This document shows, piece after piece, positions 37,682 to 48,149 of a stretch of DNA of 64,000 nucleotides (positions are counted from its first letter, which is position 1; each line of letters begins with the position of its first letter). The stretch lies in contig JABLTG010000022.1 of assembly GCA_016618085.1 (NCBI GenBank), forward strand, positions 62,001 through 126,000, given 5' to 3'. The DNA is from Neovahlkampfia damariscottae (lineage: Eukaryota). Both the position numbers and the translations under genes were made by a program. The notes beneath the pieces are model-generated. The model saw only the letters and a program-made list of their open reading frames with translations. It was not told the origin of the DNA and ran no database searches.

Positions 37682-39274
37682 TTAATTTTTAGTATTGATT
37701 TTTTTTAAAACTTCTTTGATTGCATGTTCATAATTGAATTCAATTTTTGATGCTATTTTTTTGATCATGTATGAAAAATCAACATGTTTTGGTTCTTCAA
37801 AGAATTGTAATATATATTCAATTGAATCTTGATTTTCAAAAATTGCATCAGCTGAAGCAGCAAGATATTGAGGACGATATTCAATTAAGATATTTTTTAA
37901 TCCAAATGTTTCAGGTACTTCTGGCATTTCAACAGTATATCCATCTTTTAATTGTCTATTTGCTGATGCAATCATTCCTCTTACAATAACAATATTTAAA
38001 AATCTTTCCATTCTTGATAAATCTAAATCTCCCATGAATGATTCTTTCAATTTCATTCCAACAATAACTTTTTTTATTTCACCAGTGATATTGTAATTTC
38101 TACCACCTGCAGGTTTTACTCCGAGTAAAGCACCACCATCAAATGAAAAATCTGCATTAAAAGCTTTAACAAAACCATTGGCTGTTTTGACGTTCATTTC
38201 AAAGAATGATGAAAGTTTAACAAAAAGACCTTCTTCTGATATTTCAAACGTTGGAACTTTTTGAACATCAATTTTAACTTGTAAATCATGATCAGGAAAT
38301 TTTGAATATAATTCTGGAATATAATTGGATAAACTTTTTGTGTTCAATTTTAATGGTGATTCATCTGGTACATCTTCAGCATTGATTGTAGCTTTAAGCA
38401 TTCCTGATTTAACAAATGTTTCAGCGCCTGATTTAAATAAATTTGGTGAAACATAAACTTGTCCAGTTCTGTTATTCAATGGTCTTGTTGGTAAAGGTGC
38501 CATTAATTGTTTTGAAAATTTTCCTTTTGGTTCATAAAATTCACCAAATACAGCTCCATGAATATATTCTTCTGTGATGAATCCAATTTCTTTCATTCCT
38601 AAATTAAGAGCAACTTTATCACCAAATGGAATAATGTGTGGAGTATTTTGAATGATTTCATTTAAATCTTTGTCTATAGCCTCAATTAATGCTTCTTTCA
38701 TTGCTTTTTGAATTGATTCTTGAATTCTTGTTTTGAATAAACTGACCATCATGTTGATTAACCATCCAGCGAATCCACCACCAGATACTTTGACATCAAT
38801 TTTACCTAAATGAATCATAACAACTTTTGATTTAAAATGAAGTTTGTCATTCTTTTTTGTGACACTTGCTTCAAGTACAAGATTAAATTCTTTTGATTTT
38901 GCTGTAATTTTTCCTTTAGCGCTCATTCTTGGAAAACTTCTTTGTTTGGCTTCAAACTTAACAGTTGCTCCAAAATTTGCATTTAAAACAGCAGTTGAGA
39001 TATGGTCTGGATTTTTGATACTTAATTGAAAATCTCCAGCAGATAAATCAGCTATTTTTATATCTTTCACATGATAGTCTACAGTTCCAATAACTGGTAC
39101 TTTTGTATCTCCTTTGACATCTTCAATTTCTAATGATTTAAGAAAAGCAAAAAGTCCTGGTAAGGATTTTTTGATAGCATCATGCAAAGATTTTTTTAGG
39201 ACAAATCCTCTTGCATTTTGTGAAGCAACAAGTGAAAGTAAAAGAGCAAAACAAATAATAAAAATTACTCTCAT
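37682..39274 (-). CDS. BPI/LBP family lipid-binding secreted protein
   Basis: Signal peptide MRVIFIICFALLLSLVAS; GWLINMMVSLFK, LNTKSLSNYIPELYSKFP. Confidence 0.85.
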   Translation of the reverse strand: MRVIFIICFALLLSLVASQNARGFVLKKSLHDAIKKSLPGLFAFLKSLEIEDVKGDTKVPVIGTVDYHVKDIKIADLSAGDFQLSIKNPDHISTAVLNANFGATVKFEAKQRSFPRMSAKGKITAKSKEFNLVLEASVTKKNDKLHFKSKVVMIHLGKIDVKVSGGGFAGWLINMMVSLFKTRIQESIQKAMKEALIEAIDKDLNEIIQNTPHIIPFGDKVALNLGMKEIGFITEEYIHGAVFGEFYEPKGKFSKQLMAPLPTRPLNNRTGQVYVSPNLFKSGAETFVKSGMLKATINAEDVPDESPLKLNTKSLSNYIPELYSKFPDHDLQVKIDVQKVPTFEISEEGLFVKLSSFFEMNVKTANGFVKAFNADFSFDGGALLGVKPAGGRNYNITGEIKKVIVGMKLKESFMGDLDLSRMERFLNIVIVRGMIASANRQLKDGYTVEMPEVPETFGLKNILIEYRPQYLAASADAIFENQDSIEYILQFFEEPKHVDFSYMIKKIASKIEFNYEHAIKEVLKKINTKN

Positions 39275-39374
39275 GTTTATCCGATAAAATCGACCAATGA
39301 ATTTCTTGGAACTTTTGACCAATCATTTTTTAAAAAGAGTCGAATTCATTTCCACGTTTGAATAAAAAAACCAA

Positions 39375-41658
39375 ATGGAAATTGCAAAAAAAGAAATATT
39401 CAAAGCTCTTTTAGTAGTTTCAAAAAAACATTATGAAGCAGATATTCTTTCTCAAGAAACTGTTTTAATGAAACAATTTTCTGAAGTTGATTTTGGTTGG
39501 ATTAAAAAAAAAAAACAATTAACATTTTTCAAAAGCACATGATGAAAGTTATAAAGGACAATCTTTTTCAGTTCCAACTTTTTTATTGATAAAACCTTTA
39601 ATCAAAAAAGTTGATAAAAAAGCAATGAAAGAAAACGGTGTTAAACTTGCAATTGATCTCTCAAAGTTATTACTCGAAGAATTTAAAGATTCACAAATTG
39701 TTGAAAATATTGAACCTTCATATTCAGAAAACAATGGAGAAAAGACATATACACCTTATATCAACGTATTTTTAAAAGTTTCATTCATCGCAAATATAAT
39801 TTCTGATATCAAAACTGGAGACTATTTGAAATTAATTAACAAGAAAACAGACAAGATTATGATTGAATATTCACAACCAAATACTCATAAATTATTTCAT
39901 GTTGGACATATGCGTAATGCTTCTCTTGGAAACTCATTGGTTAAATTATTTAAATTTCAAGGATATGAAGTTACAGCTGTTAATTATATTGGTGATGTTG
40001 GTACTCATATTGCAAAATGTTTATGGTACTACCTTTATCATTTTGAAAAAAAATCCAAAAAAATTGAAGAAAATATTCCAGAAGGAAAAGGAAGAGTTGA
40101 ATTTTTAGGTGAATGTTACCAAAATGCATGTATTGAATTAGATTTTTCATATTGGACAAAATTTGTATTTCCAGGTTATTTTACTGCTCAAATTACATCC
40201 ATTAAAGATCATCCAAAAAATCCGAAATGGAAAGTTTTAGAAATTGATAATAAGACAACAGTAAAAAAAAAAAAAAATTTAAAAAAAAAAAAGGTTGTAT
40301 GTGGTGGTACTGGTTATCAACTCAATGATATTGTTGCATATGCTCCTGTTGGAAGTAAAAAAGGACCAAAAATTATTACAGAAACTGATAAACAAGGTGT
40401 AATCTCACATGGATTTATTTTATCAGAAACTGAATTAAATATTTCAAAAAAGAAAGATCAAATTTATATTTTTCCAAAAGGAACTGAACCTGGTATTGAA
40501 TTAACAGAATATGAAAGATTAAAAGATTGTCCAGATGTTAAATCAGTTTCAGAAGAAATGAAATTAAGAAATGGACAAGTACGTAGTTTATTAAAGTCAA
40601 TGGAAGAAAAAGAAAAAGAAATTACTGAATTATGGGAATTAACAAGAAAATGGTCAATTGAAGATTTCAAAGAAATTTATGAATGGACAGATTCCGAATT
40701 TGATTTTGATTTTCATGAATCTGATGTTGGTGATGAAAGTAAAGAAATTATAAAACAAGCATATGATGAAGGAAAATTAAAAAAATCTGATGGAGCTATT
40801 GGCTTAGATTGTGGAAAATTAGGATTTTGTGTTTTATTAACTTCTGATGGAACAGGATTATATGCTACAAAAGATATTGCTTTGGCAAAAAGAAAATTTG
40901 AAGAATTCAAAATTGATAGATCCATTTATGTTGTTGATGCTGCTCAAACATTACATTTTCAACAAGTTTTCAAAGTTTTAAATCATTTAGGATTTAAACA
41001 ATCATCTAAATGTTTTCATTTGGCATATGGTATTGTAACTTTACCAAATGGTAAAATGTCATCAAGAAAAGGAACTGTCATCACATTTTCACAATTGAAA
41101 GATCAATTATTGGACAATATCAACAAAGAATTTTTAGAAAAATATAAAGGTGATGAAAATTGGTCAGATCAACAAATTAAAGATGCAGCAAGAATCATTT
41201 CTGTTGCAACCATAAAATATGGAATGTTAAAACAAGATCCTGCTAAAGATATTATCTTTTCTTTAAATGAGTGGATTGCTAAAACTGGAAATACAGGTCC
41301 TTATTTGTTATACGCATACGCACGTATTAAATCGATTTTAAGAGAAGTTGAAAGAGATGAAACAGTTAAACCTGATTTTTCATTATTAGTTCATGAAAAA
41401 GAAAAGAGAATTTTATTATTACTTCATCAATTTCTTACAATCACATCTGCATCATGTGAACAATACAAACCATCAAATTTGTGTAATTATCTTTACACTT
41501 TGGCAAAATCATTTTCAAGTATGTATGAAGCAGTTTCAATTAAAAAAGCTGAATCTGAACAATTAAAAGTGACAAGACTCGAATTCGTTTTATCAATTTC
41601 TATCATTTTGAAAACTGGTTTAAATTTATTAGGAATTGAAACCCTTGAAAGAATGTAA
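39375..41658 (+). CDS. argS: Arginyl-tRNA synthetase with inserted OB-fold tRNA-binding-like domain
   Basis: EYSQPNTHK..HVGH, KMSSRKG, GNTGPYLLYAYARI, terminal LERM*; introns 39496-39535 and 40261-40293. Confidence 0.95.
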
Positions 41659-41757
41659 ATAAAAATTCATTCTTTAGAAAATTGACTTTCCGACAAAGAT
41701 ATTCGTTCAAAATAAATCTGATTTGATTGGATAAGAAGAAAATTCGAAGTTGAGGTG

Positions 41758-43673
41758 ATGTTGATGTATCTGATTTCGATTTTTCTTGGGACATTTTTGT
41801 TTTATAGATTTCTCAAATATTATTTTGCCAGAGTGAAGTTTCCTTTTGTAAAGAAGGATATAAAAATACCAGAAAAACCAAAAGAAGGCTGGAGCAAACA
41901 AATCTACAGTTCAAAGCCTGGTGTTGTACCTGATGATTTAGATGTAATTGTTATCGGTTCTGGAATTGGTGGTTTGACTATCGCTGGTTTATTAGCAAAA
42001 CAAGGTTCGAAAAAATAAATTTAAAAAAAACTAGGAAGAAGAGTTCTTGTTTTAGAACAACATGATGTTGGTAAGTATATATATCATTAATTCAAATATA
42101 AAAGCTGGAGGATGCTGTAAATCAACAAAAAATTAAAAAAATATTTTTTAGGTCACGTTTTTGAAGAAGAAGGTTTTGAATTTGATACTGGAATTCATTA
42201 TGTCGGAAATATGAATCCTAAGGATCCTAATTCCACATTTATTACATTATGGCATCTTACTGATGGAAAACTTAAATGGGAATCTATGGGAGATGTTTAT
42301 GATATTTCAGTTATTGCTGGTGATAAAACTGAATGGAATCAAGATTTAGAAATTACAATTAAAAACTTGGTCAAATTATTTCCAAAAGAAGAAGAAAAAA
42401 TAAGGAAATATTTTAAAATCACAAATGAAGGTAAACAAACAGTCTAAATTAAAAAAAATAGTGTATAATTTTTCAACACTTCACTTTTTGTATAAAATTT
42501 TCCCTTGGTATGTTGCATCATTTATGGCATGGTGGTATGGGTCAACCTATTCTCAATATGAACATAAAACATGTGAAGAGGTGATGTGTGGTGAATTAGG
42601 AATGTCACAAGAATTAATGTTTACTTTATGTTATCTCAGTGGTGATCATGGTAGTCTTCCAACCGATAAAGATTCTTTCATAATTCAATGTATGGTTTCT
42701 AAACATTACACAAGGTTTTATTGATTAATTTTATTTAATTTCATTTAGAAATGGTGGTTGGTATCCTATTGGAGGACCTGGTGAAATTGCTGAAACTATA
42801 ATTCCAATAATTGAATCAACAGGTGGAAAATGTCTTGTAAAAGCTAAAGTTGAAAAAATTTTGGTAAAAAATAATAAAGCCTATGGTGTTGTTACTTCAA
42901 AGGGACAAGAAATCAAAGCTAATTTAGTCATTAGTGATGCAGGTGTTTTTAACACTTATGAAAAATTATTAGATCAAAAAATCACTAAAAAATTAAATTT
43001 ACCATTGGATAAAATTGAACCTGGAATGACTCATTTTTATCTTTTTGTTGGATTTGATAAAAGTGCAGAAGAGTTAAAATTACCAACAGCAAATTATTGG
43101 ATTCACAATTCTTATGACCATCGTGATATTTCAAAATATCGAGATGGTGATGCAGATGATATTCAATGGGAACATTCAGGTTATTTTATTTCATTTCCTT
43201 CTTCAAAAGATCCAACTTATAAACACAGATATCCAAATAAATCAACTTGTGTTGTTGTAGCAGAAGCTAATTATGAATGGGTCAAAGAATGGTCAGATAG
43301 GAGAGTTAAACAAAGAGGAGGTGATTATGAAAAATTTAAAGAAGAAGTTCAAAAAAATTTACTTGAAACTCTTTTGAAATATTTTCCACAAGTCAAAGAT
43401 AATATTAAATTTATGAATGTCGGAACACCACTCACAAATGAATTTTATTTGAATTCACATCACGGATCATCCTATGGTTTAAAATATTCATCACAAAATG
43501 ATTATTTCAAACCAAAAACTCCAATTGATGGTTTGTACCTCACAGGTCAAGATATTGTTTCAATGGGATTTTCTGGTGCTGTAGGAGGTGCAATGTTATG
43601 TCATGCTGCATTGACAGGTGATGATATTGGAAGTAAGTTGAAAAAGAAGTATCTTGAAGAGTTGAAAATGTAA
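41758..43673 (+). CDS. All-trans-retinol saturase / phytoene desaturase-family FAD oxidoreductase
   Basis: IGSGIGGL, LEQHDVAGGCCHVF..FDTGIHYVG, GTPLTNEFY, GLYLTGQD; five introns, including a 12-nt exon. Confidence 0.9.
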
Positions 43674-43684
43674 AACTTTCTTTA

Positions 43685-44227
43685 TTACCAATCGTTTTTC
43701 CCAATTTGAGTCGGTTTGAGTTTAAGGTACAAGAAACAACCAATAGAAGCAAGGACACATAATACGAATCCCATAAGAGTCATTCCTGCAATGATACCCA
43801 TCGCAATATAAATTTGTTCTGCAGTTGATAGACCAATATTTTCCGTAGCACCAAACTGTTCTGATATAACCCATGTATTCATCGGATCTGTAGCTTGTTT
43901 ATTTTTAATCACAAGAGAAAGTCCATTTTTAATGAATGATGTATCAGTATAAGAAGCTGATGTTGTCAATTGTGAATAAATTGATACATAAGGTTCATCG
44001 TTTTTAATTTTGTTTACTTCAGTATTGTTTACCAAATTGACACTACATGGGTCAGAGCAATTTACAAAAAAACGGACAATTACAGCCGCTGTTGAATACG
44101 GAAATACTTTTGTGACTTGTGCATTTAAAACGAAATCTGTTTTTGTTGTTTGCCAACTTGCGCTCGTCAGTTGTACAAAAACAAAAAAAATTAATAACAC
44201 TAATGTTGTTGGTGTTGTCAACTTCAT
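43685..44227 (-). CDS. Small type I membrane protein, unknown function
   Basis: Signal peptide, beta-rich ectodomain, C-terminal TM helix. Confidence 0.7.
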   Translation of the reverse strand: MKLTTPTTLVLLIFFVFVQLTSASWQTTKTDFVLNAQVTKVFPYSTAAVIVRFFVNCSDPCSVNLVNNTEVNKIKNDEPYVSIYSQLTTSASYTDTSFIKNGLSLVIKNKQATDPMNTWVISEQFGATENIGLSTAEQIYIAMGIIAGMTLMGFVLCVLASIGCFLYLKLKPTQIGKNDW

Positions 44228-44389
44228 AAAAAAATGTTTATCCAATCAAATCGTTCGGTTTTTATAGAATGATTTTTTAAAAAATTTATGTTTATTGTGA
44301 AGTTTTATTAACATCCATTTTTGGAGCTGCACTATCTCTAACATGGTGTTTTTTTATCCAATCATAACCACACGTTCTTCGTTTATCGC

Positions 44390-44983
44390 ATGTTTAAAAG
44401 TACATCAAATTCAACTGAAGAGACAGAATACCTTCAAACTAGGTTTAAACTTTCGCAAATGAAAAGTAGTCCAAGTCTCAAAGGATTCAAGTCTTCTGAT
44501 GACTTGAAAACTTTGGCGCCACTTTCGAACGAAGAAAAAAAACAAAAACTAATGACAAAAAGAAATAGCGCAAGGACATTATCACAAGTTTTAAAGGATA
44601 AAAAAATTAAAGATGCCTTCGCAAAATATACCATCAAAGAACAGTTCGAGAATTTTTTTTTTTATTTCTTTTTTCAAAGCTCATCAGAGAATATGTTATT
44701 TTTTGAATACTCCTTAAGATATAATAAAATAACAGACATCAATAGAAAATTCATCGCACTTCAAAAAATCTACGACAAGTTTTTATCAAAAGACGCTACA
44801 CATCCTTTGAACACCAGAGACGAAAATATAAAAATAATTAAAAAGATAATTGAAGAACAAGAAGAAATTCCTGAAGATGTGTTTGATGCAATATTAGTGG
44901 ACATAAAATTCATGATGCAAGACACATTTTCGAGATTCAAAGATTCCAATGAATTCTGGATTTGTTTGGAAGAAGATAAATGA
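44390..44983 (+). CDS. RGS-domain protein
   Basis: EHSSENMLFF after removing in-frame intron 44644-44679; IYDKFL..LN, DTFSRFKDS. Confidence 0.88.
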   Translation: MFKSTSNSTEETEYLQTRFKLSQMKSSPSLKGFKSSDDLKTLAPLSNEEKKQKLMTKRNSARTLSQVLKDKKIKDAFAKYTIKEQFENFFFYFFFQSSSENMLFFEYSLRYNKITDINRKFIALQKIYDKFLSKDATHPLNTRDENIKIIKKIIEEQEEIPEDVFDAILVDIKFMMQDTFSRFKDSNEFWICLEEDK

Positions 44984-45159
44984 TATTTGTAATATATGAT
45001 GTAACCGTTGTTTTGTAATTTTTCGGATTTTATGTTTCCCTTTTTGGGAGAGCTGATAACGTTTTGGAAGGTGAATTCTCCTCTTTTGATAAGAACCAAT
45101 CAAGATAATTAGCCCTTCTAATTGGTTGATAAAATCAAACTAAAATCTCTCTAACCTAA

Positions 45160-45729
45160 ATGTTCCTCAGCTCAACATCCGTGTCAGTGCAGGAAGAGAA
45201 CATGGCATTTGCTAATAAAATCAAATCAAGAAGAACATTCATGACAATAAAGCAAGAAAGTGAATTGACGTCAGAAATGAGTCCAGAAAAAAGAGAAATG
45301 GTGAGAAGATACAAAAATATGAAACTCTCAGAAATTTTAAGCGACAAAAAAAAGAAAGAAGTTTTCAAAAATTTTTCAGAAAAAGAATTGTAAGGCAAAA
45401 AAAAAAAAAAAAAATTAATTTCTTTTTTTTCACACAGTTCCTCGGAGAATATTTTGTTTTTAGAAAACGCACTAAGGTTCAGAATCTTTAAGGATGAAAA
45501 CCAAAGATATTTAGAACTTGAAAAAATCTACCACAAATTTTTGTCTCCAGATTCAGAGTTACAATTGAACATTAGAATTGAAAATGTCCACAGAATAGGA
45601 GAAATAGTAAAGGATAAATCAGAAATCCCGGAAGATGTACTTGAAGATATTGTCAGAGAAGTAAAAGAGACATTAAAAGATACCTATGCAAGATTCAAAG
45701 AATCAAAAGAATTTGAAGATTTGTTGTAA
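45160..45729 (+). CDS. RGS-domain protein (tandem paralogue)
   Basis: EFSSENILF, IYHKFL..LQLNI, DTYARFKES; intron at the same position as in the neighbour. Start could be 45202. Confidence 0.88.
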
Positions 45730-45772
45730 AAAGAGATACATGTATAACATTTATAAAGTTTTTTTTTTTTTT

Positions 45773-46366
45773 TTAAAATGAATTCTTTGGATCTTTTAAA
45801 AATTCAATTTCTTCTTCTGTTGATTCTCTTTTGAGAATTTCATTACGATGTGGATACCTTCCAAATCGTTTAATTATATCAAAATGAGCCACAGCATATT
45901 GATGAGCTTGGTCATAAATTGGGTGATTCATTTCTTTTTTTAATTCCATGAATTTTGTTAAACTTTTTTCTTGGTATTCCATAGTTTCAGCATGTTCATA
46001 AGGTAAATATAAAAACATTCTTTGAATAGGTTCTAATTTTACATCAAATTTATTTTCTATCGCAAAATCTGCTAATTCTCTTGCAATGTTGTCATAATTC
46101 CATGATTCTGATGATCCTCTGAACATATTTCTTGTAAATTGATCTACTATGAGAACTGATGCTAATACACCTTCAGGTGTTTGTTTCCAATCTTCGTATT
46201 CTCCAGTTGTCAAAGAGATTAAATCTTGTTTGAAGTTCTTGATTATAAACTCATCAGTTTCAGTTGATTTTTCAAACCAAATTCTGTTAAAATTTTGGTT
46301 GTTTATTTCTTTTCCAAACCAAAAGTTAAAAATTTTGCCAATTCTTTCAACTGAATTCTTTTTCAT
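45773..46366 (-). CDS. DUF924 family protein
   Basis: DQFTRNMFRG, FLYLPYEHAE, IIKRFGRYPHRN. Confidence 0.92.
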   Translation of the reverse strand: MKKNSVERIGKIFNFWFGKEINNQNFNRIWFEKSTETDEFIIKNFKQDLISLTTGEYEDWKQTPEGVLASVLIVDQFTRNMFRGSSESWNYDNIARELADFAIENKFDVKLEPIQRMFLYLPYEHAETMEYQEKSLTKFMELKKEMNHPIYDQAHQYAVAHFDIIKRFGRYPHRNEILKRESTEEEIEFLKDPKNSF

Positions 46367-46414
46367 TTCGGAGTTGAATATCCAATCATATCACAGAAAT
46401 CTTCAACTTAAAAA

Positions 46415-46675
46415 ATGTCAACAGAAGTGGAGATGAAAATATTTCTGCCAGTGGATGAGTATCCAGATGTGAATTTTATTGGATTGCTCATTGGTCCGAG
46501 AGGAAAAACACAAATGGAATTGGAAAAAAAAACAAACACAAAAATGAGAATACGTGGAGCTACTTCAGAAAAAAACAATAGTTCGAATGAAAAACTCCAT
46601 GTATTAATAACAGCAAAAACAGCTGATGAATTGGAAAATGCTTCAAATGCTGTCTACCAATTATTAAATTTATAA
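46415..46675 (+). CDS. Stand-alone KH domain of SF1/BBP type
   Basis: YPDVNFIGLLIGPRGKT..MRIRG..LHVLITA. Confidence 0.8.
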   Translation: MSTEVEMKIFLPVDEYPDVNFIGLLIGPRGKTQMELEKKTNTKMRIRGATSEKNNSSNEKLHVLITAKTADELENASNAVYQLLNL

Positions 46676-46767
46676 AAAATAGCAACAATGATTTTGTTCA
46701 AGTTTTTTAATTTTTTTTCCATTGCAATCAAAAAATACTCAAGAAAACAATTCTCAGTCTTAACAAT

Positions 46768-46880
46768 CTTCTTCAGGAATAAAGAATAATTCTAATCAAA
46801 ATATCCACATATTAATAAGCAAAAATAACTGATGAATTGGAAAATACTTCAAACGTCATTTACCAATTATCAAATTTAAA
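46768..46880 (+). pseudogene. Degenerate tandem duplicate of the KH gene 3' half
   Basis: Aligns to 46559-46675 (shared ctgatgaattggaaaat, taccaattat) with a 2-nt deletion and no start codon. Confidence 0.75.
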
Positions 46881-46891
46881 AAAAAAATCAT

Positions 46892-47314
46892 TTAATACTT
46901 ATTCAACCAATTTCCGCTCTCAAAAAACAAACAATCATCTGAATGAATTGAATTTTGATAATATATATAACATTTCATCTTTTCATTTCCTTCTTTTGTG
47001 AAGCATTCAACGATTTCTCTTTCGTACCAATTATCTTTTGCTTTTTCATCATATCCTTCAATTTCATCCATCAATTTTAGTTTTTTTTTGAAAATTTGAA
47101 TATCTTTCCAAGTTATTATTATTCCATAAATTCTTTCATTGTTGTTAGATTTCACTGCAAATGGATAAAATTCTGTTTTATTTTGAAAGATTGTGAAATT
47201 TGTAGTATGTGCATATTTCCAAATGCAATCTTTGTCAATGATACCCCAATGATCACCTTTTGTTGTATAATCAGGTCTTAAAGTTCCATACACAAACACT
47301 CCTTCAACGTTCAT
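46892..47314 (-). CDS. Gamma-glutamylcyclotransferase/AIG2-like protein
   Basis: VFVYGTLR, MDEIEGY..YER, ESGNW. Confidence 0.88.
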   Translation of the reverse strand: MNVEGVFVYGTLRPDYTTKGDHWGIIDKDCIWKYAHTTNFTIFQNKTEFYPFAVKSNNNERIYGIIITWKDIQIFKKKLKLMDEIEGYDEKAKDNWYEREIVECFTKEGNEKMKCYIYYQNSIHSDDCLFFESGNWLNKY

Positions 47315-47375
47315 TTTTTTTTTGTCAACAAAAAAGAATTTGATTGGCAAATGTATGACAGTGAAAAAAAGTGTA

Positions 47376-47440
47376 AAATTTATTTATCAACAAAAATTTG
47401 GCAATTTGCTTGTAAATCTTTGTTTCATTAAAAGAAATTT
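47376..47440 (-). promoter_or_regulatory. Eukaryotic type-2 SECIS element
   Basis: RNA: AAAUUUCUUU-UA-AUGAA-ACAAAGAUUU-ACAA-GCA-AAU-UGC-C-AAAUUUUUGU-UGAU-AAAUAAAUUU. Helix I, UGAA/UGAU quartet, fully paired 10-bp helix II (one G-U), unpaired AA, apical mini-stem. Confidence 0.85.
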
Positions 47441-47459
47441 CAAAAGTTTGTTTTTAAAT

Positions 47460-47681
47460 TTAGAAGTTTGATGATAGTCAGGCCAGTTGTCTTCTTTGTC
47501 TCTGTTCTGATTTTTGGTTTGAGTTTTCGTTCGTTTCTTGTTCATGTTCTTTTTCATTTTGTTTGTTTTTTGTTTCACTTTTTGTGATTTGATTTTCTTC
47601 TGCTACAGTTTCTTTTTCTTCATAACATTCAGAAATTTTTGCAGCAACGTACACCACAGAGTTGATGATTAATCACACCAT
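47460..47681 (-). CDS. Candidate small selenoprotein, unknown family (Sec at codon 3; second in-frame UGA at codon 68)
   Basis: MVULIINSVVYVAAKISECYEEKE...EQRQRRQLA(U/stop)LSSNF*; CCAAT box at 47708-47712 upstream and SECIS downstream. Confidence 0.75.
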
Positions 47682-47744
47682 GATAATTTGCTGGATGTTT
47701 AAAATAACCAATCAAACTACATTTTATATTTTTGAAAAAAACTT

Positions 47745-47846
47745 GGAGCTATAATTACGCTTAATTTGGGTTATGGTGGTTATAATGTTACAGAATAGTA
47801 TACCTTCTAACTGAGGAAGAGCGAGACTACTGTCTCTTTCACAAGA
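47745..47846 (+). ncRNA. Candidate H/ACA-like RNA
   Basis: Hairpin TATAATTAC/GTGGTTATA, AGAATA (ANANNA), hairpin GAGAC-TACT-GTCTC, ACA at 47841-47843. Confidence 0.25.
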
Positions 47847-48149
47847 TTAACTGCGCATTGCATTGTTAATAATGTTTTGAAAAAACACCAAAAAAATCTG
47901 GATTATATTTTGAGTTTCTTTCGCAGGAGTTCTATACATACAACAAATTTCTGCTCTCAAAAAAACAGTGTACTTCGAAAATATGGATTGGAACAAATAA
48001 AAATCAGTGGATAAAAATAGTTTACCCACACAAAAACAGCTCCACCAACCAAATTGGTGTTTTTGTTGCGTACCGTTAGAAAATATGGTGATTGGTTGAA
48101 TGCTCTATAAATAGAGTGCAAATTACACAAACCACAAACAAACAAAAAC

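Noticed and set aside
44993..45056. C/D-like ATGATGT...CTGA after the first RGS gene
   Set aside because: Imperfect C box, no terminal stem and no recognisable guide.
47387..47578. 63-aa minus-strand ORF in the supplied track
   Set aside because: Non-ATG start; it is an off-frame shadow of the selenoprotein ORF and runs through the SECIS.
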